Shown piece after piece: positions 25,246-32,000 of a stretch of 32,000 nucleotides of DNA; positions within the stretch are counted from its first letter, which is position 1, and each line of letters begins with the position of its first letter. The stretch lies in NCBI RefSeq assembly GCF_035285525.1, contig NZ_JAYKGW010000224.1, forward strand, positions 4,125 through 36,124. The letters are read 5' to 3'. The notes under the pieces are model-generated. The model did no database searches, was not told where the DNA came from, and worked only from the letters and a program-made list of their open reading frames with translations. The position numbers were made by a program, and so were the translations under genes. This DNA comes from Okeania sp. GTDB taxonomy: Bacteria; Cyanobacteriota; Cyanobacteriia; Cyanobacteriales; Microcoleaceae.

Positions 25246-26781
25246 ATGAAAGCATATATTATTGGAGCTGGACCCGGAACTAAAGAATATTTAACGGTCA
25301 AAGCATATTCCCTAATTACTCAAGCAGAAGTATTAATTTATGATGCTTTAGTTGATAATTCTATTTTAGAATTAGCACCAGAAAATTGTTTGAAAATAGA
25401 GATGGGTAAACGTGGCGGTAAACCCAGTATTTCTCAGTCAGAAATTAATAGTTTATTAGTAGAAAAATGTCGTTTAGGAAAACAAGTAATTAGATTAAAA
25501 GGAGGCGATCCTTTTATTTTTGGTCGGGCTACTTCAGAGATTCAAACATTAATTGAAGCTGGTTGTGATTTTGAAATTGTTCCAGGAATTTCTTCTGTTT
25601 TAGCTGCACCTTTATTGGCAAATATTCCGCTGACAGACCCGGTAATGAGTAGAATTTTTTTAGTCTTAACTGCTCATAATATCGAAGCATTAGATTGGGA
25701 AACAATATCTAAAATTGAAACTTTAGTAATTTTAATGGGAGGAAAAAATTTAGGTCAAATTTTACATCAGTTATTAAGACATCAAAGAACCCCCCAAACT
25801 CCTGTTGCTATTATTCAAAATTGTGCCACTCCTAAACAACAAATTTGGATTGGTACCTTGAGGGATATTGCTCAAAAAACTTATGCTGAATATTTGTCGC
25901 CTTGTGTGATAATTGTAGGAGAAGTAGTTAGATTAAGAGACTATTTAAAATATCCAAATAATATGATTAAAGAAAACTCAGAAGCAAAAACAGAAATAGC
26001 ACCTTTAGCAAATAAAACTATTTTAGTAACTCGTTCCGCAGGGCAGTCTAGTAAGTTTACCGAACTTCTCAAAAAACAAGGATCAAAAGTAATTGAAATG
26101 CCAGCTTTAGTTATTACTTCACCTTCAAGTTGGCACGATTTAGACATGGCTATTAATAATATAAATAGTTTTGATTGGTTAATTTTGACTTCAACAAATG
26201 GAGTAGAATATTTCTTTGCCAGATTAACAGAAAAAGGTAAAGATACTCGCGCTTTAGCTGGAGTAAAAATAGCAGTAGTTGGTAAAAAGACCGCAGAAAG
26301 TTTGCAGACTTTTGGTTTAACTCCAGATTTTATTCCACCTAATTTTGTGGCTGATTCTTTGGTGGCAAATTTCCCAGAAAATTTGAATGGAAAAAAGGTT
26401 TTATTTCCCAGGGTAGAAACTGGTGGTCGAGAAGTATTAGTAAAGGAATTAAATAGTCAAAATGCAGAGGTAATAGAAGTAGCTGCTTATGAGTCTAGTT
26501 GCCCAGAAAATATCGCACCGGAAGCTTTATTAGGTTTACAGAATTTGCAGATAGATGTTATTACTTTTGCTAGTTCTAAAACTGTGAGAAATTTTTGTAA
26601 TTTAATTGAAAAAAATAAGGATAAGTTGCCTGAAAATTGGTTAGAAAATATTTGTATTGCTTCTATCGGACCTCAAACTTCTGAAAGTTGTCAAAGTTTA
26701 TTAGGTAGAGTTGATGTCGAAGCTAAAGAATATACTTTAGATGGTTTGACTTCAGCTATTATTGATAAAATTCAAAAGTAA
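25246..26781 (+). CDS. cobA: Bifunctional uroporphyrinogen-III C-methyltransferase (CobA/SUMT) / uroporphyrinogen-III synthase (HemD)
   Basis: The N-terminus AYIIGAGPGTKEYLTVKA...VLIYDALV...RLKGGDPFIFGR is SUMT. The C-terminal ~250 aa (ILVTRSAGQSSKF...LILTSTNGV...FASSKTV) is HemD-like. Confidence 0.9.
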   Translation: MKAYIIGAGPGTKEYLTVKAYSLITQAEVLIYDALVDNSILELAPENCLKIEMGKRGGKPSISQSEINSLLVEKCRLGKQVIRLKGGDPFIFGRATSEIQTLIEAGCDFEIVPGISSVLAAPLLANIPLTDPVMSRIFLVLTAHNIEALDWETISKIETLVILMGGKNLGQILHQLLRHQRTPQTPVAIIQNCATPKQQIWIGTLRDIAQKTYAEYLSPCVIIVGEVVRLRDYLKYPNNMIKENSEAKTEIAPLANKTILVTRSAGQSSKFTELLKKQGSKVIEMPALVITSPSSWHDLDMAINNINSFDWLILTSTNGVEYFFARLTEKGKDTRALAGVKIAVVGKKTAESLQTFGLTPDFIPPNFVADSLVANFPENLNGKKVLFPRVETGGREVLVKELNSQNAEVIEVAAYESSCPENIAPEALLGLQNLQIDVITFASSKTVRNFCNLIEKNKDKLPENWLENICIASIGPQTSESCQSLLGRVDVEAKEYTLDGLTSAIIDKIQK

Positions 26782-26892
26782 GAATTAATTAATGCAAAAG
26801 TCACAAGTTACAGCAGATTCCAACTAAATGTTTCCAGTGGGATTTTTCGCTTTCTTATTAAGAAGTTAAAGAGGTAGGTTAAAAAGATTATT

Positions 26893-26943
26893 GTTGGGTT
26901 TCGTCCCATGCTGCGCAATGCTAACGCAAACAACCCAACCTAC
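26893..26943. repeat. Family 3 hairpin element (GTTGGGTTTCG...CAACCCAACCTAC)
   Basis: Stem GTTGGGTT / AACCCAAC with an inner GCGCAATGCTAACGC region. Same family as 9312-9345. Confidence 0.7.
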
Positions 26944-26980
26944 GTCTGTTACATCATTTTAAAATGAAACAATCCAGTAG

Positions 26981-27036
26981 GGGCGGGTTTTATCTAGAAT
27001 TTTTATACTGACTCTAAAATTTAGACAAACCCGCCC
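26981..27036. repeat. 10-bp perfect inverted repeat GGGCGGGTTT ... AAACCCGCCC between convergent genes
   Basis: The arms at 26981-26990 and 27027-27036 are exact complements separated by 36 nt. This is a possible bidirectional terminator or repeat element. Confidence 0.5.
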
Positions 27037-27079
27037 TTTCAGTTATCAGTTTTAGATAAAAAAAATCAATGAAAAATTC

Positions 27080-27484
27080 CTACAATTTGTTATTTTTTTC
27101 TACTAAATAAATTCTCAAATAACGTAAAATCATCCAAGTTAATGTACAGCCTAATACATAGTACCAAAAATCCCACCAAGAAAAACTATTTCCTAACAAC
27201 AATCTCCCAATTAATGTAGCTCTAATAGCTTGTAAAAAAGGTGGTTTCCATAATTGCAGAAATTCTAGAAATGAAGTAACAAGAAACACCCAAAAAGATA
27301 CTAAACCTGGTGAAAGTTGAGGTCGAATCAAAATAACTAATAAAATCCAGCACGCTTCATAAAAAATCGAACTAAAAGAATTATTCAACCATTCAGCAAA
27401 CATTCCTTCATAGAACTTAGTTGCTAAACCTAAAATTACAGTCAAAATCAAACTTATAAAAATAATATTTCTGTACTTTTTCAT
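27080..27484 (-). CDS. Small integral membrane protein (4 TM; DUF2809-like)
   Basis: 134 aa with four hydrophobic helices. The C-terminal LLGNSFSWWDFWYYVLG motif resembles DUF2809 as remembered. Confidence 0.6.
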   Translation of the reverse strand: MKKYRNIIFISLILTVILGLATKFYEGMFAEWLNNSFSSIFYEACWILLVILIRPQLSPGLVSFWVFLVTSFLEFLQLWKPPFLQAIRATLIGRLLLGNSFSWWDFWYYVLGCTLTWMILRYLRIYLVEKNNKL

Positions 27485-27620
27485 AACTTTAATAAGTAGA
27501 GAAAAGAAATTAATCTGAAAAATTTACCTCAATATTCTAACCAAAGTCAAAATCAACCCGGTTTCTAAGTTGCTATTAAAAGCGATCGCCTGACTTTACC
27601 AATAGTAAATAAATATTTTT

Positions 27621-28823
27621 TTAGGTGAAAACTAAATCTAAAATTGCTTGAGCTGCCCGATCGCATACCCCTTCTTTTCCCAAAGATTGACGCATTTCTT
27701 GATAATCAGCTAATGTTTGATTACGACGTTGAGAGTTCAATAAAAGTTCCAAAGCTTCAGAAATAATATTTTCCGCAGTAGCATTTTCTTGGAATAATTC
27801 TGGTACAATAGATTTCATTTGCACTAGATTCGGTGGAGACATAAATGGAATCGAAAATCTCAGAATATTTCTCGCTATCCAAACAGTTATGGGATTAACT
27901 TTATAAATGACAACTTGAGGAACATTTAATAAAGCTATTTCCAAATTTACAGTACCAGATTTAGCGATCGCCAAATCAGCACCAGCCAAAATTTCTAAAT
28001 TATTCCTTTCTTGTATTTCTTGACTACTTTGTGGAGAAGATGGATAAATGGTTGCCTGTAGTTGATACTTTTTAATTGCTTCTACAATGGGTGAACGATA
28101 AATTTCTAAAGAGAGAGGAATCAGAAAATGAACTTGAGGTAATCTTTCCTGAATAATTTTAGCAGCTTCAAAAATTACAGGCATTAAATATTTAACCTCT
28201 TGTTTTCGAGAAGCAGGAAATAAAGCGAGCGCCAAAGTATCAGCAGATATTCCCAAACTACGGCGAGCATCTTCTCTAGTGGGAGCGTTTTTAACTCTAT
28301 CAATAATAGGATGACCTACCCAAGTAACATTAGCTCCCTTTGCCCGAAAATAATTTGCCTCTTCTGGAAAAATAGCCAAAAGTTTGTTTGTCAAATTAAC
28401 TATTTTAGATGTTTTACTTTTTCCCAGAGACCAAACCCATTCTTGAGGAGCAATGTACCAAACAATTGGCAAATTCTGATAATTTTTATGAATATAACTA
28501 CCAATATTTAGATTAGGACCCATGTAGTCAATCAAAATAACTATATCAGGAGATTCGTTGCGTAAATATTCTTTAGCTTTTTGTTGAACTTTCAGAGTCG
28601 GGAAAATGAAAGACAAAGATTCAATAATTCCCACAGAACCTATTTTAGTTGTACTTCCCAATAAAGTAGCACCAGCAGCAGCCATTTTTTCGCCACCCAA
28701 AGCAACAATATCCAAATTTAAACCCCGAAGTTGAGCTTGACGGTGAAGTGCTTCCACTAACAAAGCACCTTGTAAATCTCCAGAAACTTCACCTGTACTA
28801 ATAAAAATTTTCATAGAAGTCAT
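27621..28823 (-). CDS. lpxB: Lipid-A-disaccharide synthase LpxB
   Basis: MKIFISTGEVSGDLQGALLVEAL is the canonical LpxB N-terminus. It is ~390-400 aa and sits in operon context with lpxA/fabZ/lpxC. The alternative start is Met4. Confidence 0.9.
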   Translation of the reverse strand: MTSMKIFISTGEVSGDLQGALLVEALHRQAQLRGLNLDIVALGGEKMAAAGATLLGSTTKIGSVGIIESLSFIFPTLKVQQKAKEYLRNESPDIVILIDYMGPNLNIGSYIHKNYQNLPIVWYIAPQEWVWSLGKSKTSKIVNLTNKLLAIFPEEANYFRAKGANVTWVGHPIIDRVKNAPTREDARRSLGISADTLALALFPASRKQEVKYLMPVIFEAAKIIQERLPQVHFLIPLSLEIYRSPIVEAIKKYQLQATIYPSSPQSSQEIQERNNLEILAGADLAIAKSGTVNLEIALLNVPQVVIYKVNPITVWIARNILRFSIPFMSPPNLVQMKSIVPELFQENATAENIISEALELLLNSQRRNQTLADYQEMRQSLGKEGVCDRAAQAILDLVFT

Positions 28824-29071
28824 TATTTCAGTTATCAGCTCACACGGATTATGCCACGGATATACGGATTAGGGCGTTGGTAAATCAAGGGATGAAATTG
28901 TAAAAGTAATCTGTTTCTAATACCTCTAAATATTTAACCAAAGTAAGTAATGGGTATCACCGTGCATCTTGCTTGCGCAGGTGTACCTCACTATGATGAA
29001 ATCTGCTATAGTACGGGTATTCCACCCAGGATAAGTTTACCTCAAAGATTTGCAAAGCGATGTAATTATGA

Positions 29072-29875
29072 TTAATTATTAATTATTTTTCCAGGCATTG
29101 GTCCGCGACGTTTCGACTGAACAGATAAGCTTAAAAACTGATGTAACTCTTGAATATACTTATTATCTGAAAGTAATTCTAATTCTTCTAAAGCTTCACT
29201 AAAAAGTTTACCCGAACGATAGAGAATCCGAAAAGCCTTTTTCAATATTGCTAAATCTTCACTGGTTAAACCAGCACGCTTTAATCCTACTAAATTGAGC
29301 GATCGCACCAAACAAGGATTTCCCTCCACCAACATAAAAGGTGGCACATCTTGAACAACCCTAGCCATGCCACCCACCATTGCCATTTTACCAATATGAA
29401 CAAACTGATGAATACCTACAATTCCACCAATTACAGCTTTAGACTCAATTTTAACATGACCTGCCAAAGATACAGCATTAGCTATGACCACAGAATCTTC
29501 AACAATACAATTATGCGCTACATGAACATAAGCCATTAGTAAATTACCATTACCAATAACCGTACTCTCTTCTTCATAAGTAGCACGGTTAACCGTAACA
29601 AATTCCCTAATTTGGTTATTATCACCAATTTTCACCATACTGGGAGCGCCCGCATATTTTAAATCTTGGGGTTCCAAACCAATAGCTGCCCCAGGAAAAA
29701 TTCGATTACCAGAGCCTATTTCTGTTGGCCCTTCAATTACAACATGAGCGCCAATAGTAGTTCCAGCCTCTACCTTTACCTTTTCTCCAATTACAGCATA
29801 AGGCCCCACCTGCACAGTGGGATGTAGTTCGGCACTTTCAGCAATAATGGCTGTGGGATGAATCAGAGTAGGCAT
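29072..29875 (-). CDS. lpxA: Acyl-ACP--UDP-N-acetylglucosamine O-acyltransferase LpxA
   Basis: IHPTAIIAESAELHPTVQVGPYAVIG is followed by hexapeptide repeats and a C-terminal helical domain. The ATG lies 4 nt after the fabZ stop. Confidence 0.95.
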   Translation of the reverse strand: MPTLIHPTAIIAESAELHPTVQVGPYAVIGEKVKVEAGTTIGAHVVIEGPTEIGSGNRIFPGAAIGLEPQDLKYAGAPSMVKIGDNNQIREFVTVNRATYEEESTVIGNGNLLMAYVHVAHNCIVEDSVVIANAVSLAGHVKIESKAVIGGIVGIHQFVHIGKMAMVGGMARVVQDVPPFMLVEGNPCLVRSLNLVGLKRAGLTSEDLAILKKAFRILYRSGKLFSEALEELELLSDNKYIQELHQFLSLSVQSKRRGPMPGKIINN

Positions 29876-29878
29876 ATT

Positions 29879-30403
29879 TTAATCCATAAGTGAAAACATC
29901 AAGTCCCCTTCAGCAGCTTTTTGACCATCTACTTCTGCCAGACCACGCATTTTGGCAAACCTACCTTTTCTAATAGATAGTAATTCTGTAGTTAATACTA
30001 GCTGGTCTCCTGGTACTACTGGACGACGGAATTTTACCTTATCCATAGCTGCAAATACAAATAATCCTGACTGAATCTCGGGCATTTGAGCGAATATTAT
30101 ACCCCCAACTTGCGCCAATGCTTCTATAATTAAGACTCCTGGCATAATTGGTCTTCCAGGAAAATGGCCTTGAAAATGGGGTTCATTAAAAGTCACATTT
30201 TTAATCCCAACAGCTTTTTCTCCCGGTACATATCCTATAATGCGGTCTACTAAAGCAAAGGGGTATCGGTGGGGTAATATTTTGTGAATTTCTTCCACAG
30301 TCAGAATATTTGTCCCAGTAGTTGTAGCCTCCTGATTTTCCTGAGTCTGAGGTTTGGCTGTGGTAGCTATGGAATTAGTTGTAGTTTCTTCAAAGGTTGA
30401 CAT
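29879..30403 (-). CDS. fabZ: 3-hydroxyacyl-ACP dehydratase FabZ
   Basis: [13 protein letters not shown] and [23 protein letters not shown] hot-dog signature. Confidence 0.95.
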   Translation of the reverse strand: MSTFEETTTNSIATTAKPQTQENQEATTTGTNILTVEEIHKILPHRYPFALVDRIIGYVPGEKAVGIKNVTFNEPHFQGHFPGRPIMPGVLIIEALAQVGGIIFAQMPEIQSGLFVFAAMDKVKFRRPVVPGDQLVLTTELLSIRKGRFAKMRGLAEVDGQKAAEGDLMFSLMD

Positions 30404-30481
30404 TTGTACAGTTATTAATTGCCGATATTAATCCTACCATTTATTAGAGGAGGAATCTTAAAATTAATTTTTCAGAAAAGA

Positions 30482-30522
30482 GGGAATAGGTATGGAGGGA
30501 ACAGGGAACAGGGAACAGGGAA
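30482..30522. repeat. Heptamer module GGGAATAGGTATGGAGGGAACAGG + GGGAACA repeats
   Basis: The first 24 nt are identical to 11463-11486. They are followed by GGGAACA x3. Confidence 0.85.
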
Positions 30523-30620
30523 GAAGAATTGATAATTTATAGATAATAATTGATTTTACTTTTTATTTTTGGAGATGTCTAATTGAATATCATTATTAAT
30601 TATTAACTATCCATTACTCC

Positions 30621-31539
30621 CTACTCTCTAATTTCAGAAATTTTTTTAGCTAATTGGATATGTAATTTATGGCTAGCTTTGTATGCCAAATAATGAGCTT
30701 GAGGAAAATTTCCCAATAAACTTAAGTCTCCAATTAGGTCTAACATTTTATGACGTACTGGTTCATTTGTAAACCTTAAGGGTGGATTTAACCATCCAGT
30801 TTCGCTACAAACTAGAGCATTTTCTAGAGTACCACCTTTGATTAAACCAGCTTCTCGTAATTTGTCAATTTGATGGGCTAAACCGAATGTCCGAGCTGGA
30901 GCAATACAGTCAGCAAAATTTTCTGTTTTCGGATACCAACTATACCATTGGTTACCAATAGCTGGCAAATCAAAATCTATACCATAAGTAAAGCGAGTTT
31001 CTGGACTAGGTAAAGCTGCCACAAAAGCATCCCCATCATATACCCATACTGGTTGATAAATCACAGGTGGGTTATGAAATCTTAGGTCTGGAGCATAAGT
31101 ATTTTTACTTCCCATCTCCGCGTCCCCCCATCTCCCCATCTCCCCATCTCCCCATCTCCCGATCTTCTTCTTTTGCTTCTACTAATCCTACGGAAGTGAT
31201 CGCCTCTGTCCAGACTTTGGCAGAACCATCTAATAAGGGAACTTCTGGGCTATCAATTTCTATTCGAGCATTATTTATGCCCATTCCTGCTAGGGCAGCT
31301 AATAAATGTTCTACAGTCCGGATGTGAATATCTCGAACACCTAATTCTGTGGAAAGGGTAGTAGAAATTACAGAAGATATTCTAGCATTGATAATTGGAG
31401 TTTCTGGCAAGTCAACCCTGACAAAATATCTACCTGTATTTTGAGCAGCAGGCATAACTTTAATATGAGATTTTATACCACTATGTAAACCTATTCCGGA
31501 CTGTGAAAATTCTGATCCTAAAGTATATTGATTATTCAT
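30621..31539 (-). pseudogene. lpxC: UDP-3-O-acyl-GlcNAc deacetylase LpxC, reading frame broken inside an internal 8-nt tandem repeat (or homopolymer sequencing error)
   Basis: The N-terminal ORF (31105-31539) carries GIGLHSG..., IRTVEHLLAALAGMGI and PLLDGSA. The C-terminal ORF (30621-31139) carries [22 protein letters not shown] and YKASHKLH. The two frames overlap in the repeat 31113-31160. Confidence 0.85.
31113..31160. repeat. Octamer tandem repeat CATCTCCC (4 perfect + 2 degenerate units) inside lpxC
   Basis: The perfect units span 31129-31160 and the degenerate units CATCTCCG and CGTCCCCC span 31113-31128. On the coding strand it reads GGGAGATG, encoding EMGRWGDG-type peptide in any frame. 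Confidence 0.9.
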
Positions 31540-31697
31540 AATTCTGGGAAATAATTTTTTTATCGTTTGTTACACAGGCATCTTGTCTGTAATAGCTGTA
31601 CCTTAATCAATGCAATTTTGAAAATAGTAGAAAAATTGGTAGTTGTGTATAGTTCTAGTAATGGTATGCTAAAAATCAGGAAGATAGATACGCGGAA

Positions 31698-31879
31698 GCA
31701 AGATGCTCCTACTGTTTTCCTAGCAAAGGTAATGAAAATGCACGACTATTACAATACACCACTACCGAAAAATCAAAGGAATACCTGATATGGGAGCAAG
31801 ATGCTCTCACTGTACCTCCTAACAAAGGTAATAAAAATGCACGACTATTACAATACACCACTACCGAAAAATGAAGGAA
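31698..31879. repeat. Tandem direct repeat, 98-bp period, two copies, upstream of lpxC
   Basis: GCAAGATGCTC..ACTGT...AAAGGTAATgAAAATGCACGACTATTACAATACACCACTACCGAAAAAT is repeated from 31796. There is a long identical core with divergence at the edges. Confidence 0.85.
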
Positions 31880-31906
31880 CAAAATATCTAACTACCTCTC
31901 CCACCC

Positions 31907-32000
31907 CCCCTACTCCCCTACTCCCCTACTCCCCTACTCCCCTACTCCCCTACTCCCCTACTCCCCTACTCCCCTACTCCCCTACTCCCCTACTCCCCTA
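31907..32000. repeat. Octamer tandem array CCCCTACT, at least 11 copies, running off the window edge
   Basis: The period of 8 was verified by the 2-nt phase drift per 10-nt column. No spacers, so this is not a CRISPR array. Confidence 0.95.

Noticed and set aside
31067-31327. 86-aa plus-strand ORF across the lpxC repeat, and the 73-aa ORF at 31567-31788
   Set aside because: The first is antisense to lpxC and translates the octamer repeat ([11 protein letters not shown]). The second runs through the 98-bp tandem repeat. Neither has expression signals.
31907-32000. Regular short repeats that might suggest a CRISPR array (also 11422-11548, 30482-30522, 31113-31160)
   Set aside because: The units are 7-8 nt and contiguous, with no spacers. 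This is the STRR-type tandem repeat class typical of heterocystous cyanobacteria, not CRISPR.
1-32000. tRNA, rRNA, tmRNA or RNase P genes
   Set aside because: I scanned by eye for T-loop GGTTCGAATCC-like boxes and conserved rRNA stretches and saw none. A proper tRNAscan/Infernal run would be needed to exclude them formally.

Overview
This is an AT-rich cyanobacterial chromosomal segment, most likely from a filamentous Nostocales-type genome. The evidence is many HIP1 GCGATCGC sites, STRR-like heptamer/octamer arrays, a CpcS-type bilin lyase, xisH/xisI, and the gene order lpxC-fabZ-lpxA-lpxB. About 22 protein-coding genes are supported. They are: two tandem ProW-ProX fusion (betaine-type ABC transporter) paralogs flanking a divergent EgtD-family methyltransferase; a metallophosphoesterase; cpcS; a pentapeptide-repeat protein; a methyltransferase-HIT fusion; a TerB/Mo-nitrogenase-C protein; a 23S-IVS four-helix-bundle protein; obg; a Ser/Thr kinase; an MFS transporter; a nucleotidyltransferase-fold protein; a restriction-modification remnant; xisI plus a decayed xisH; a cobA-hemD fusion; a small membrane protein; and the lipid A genes. 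Intergenic DNA is saturated with at least five MITE-like repeat families and short tandem arrays. No tRNA, rRNA or CRISPR array was seen. Four observations stand out. (1) A 2.4 kb R-M cassette, with a circularly permuted C5-methyltransferase and a fragmented PD-ExK nuclease, sits between ~0.5-0.7 kb direct repeats that duplicate the NTase-3'end/xisI/xisH target. (2) lpxC is split into two frames inside a coding 8-nt tandem repeat. (3) The EgtD-like gene is embedded in a duplicated betaine transporter locus with no egtB. (4) A MITE is caught in filled versus empty state within this one window. All family assignments come from motif recognition by eye, and none was checked against a database.
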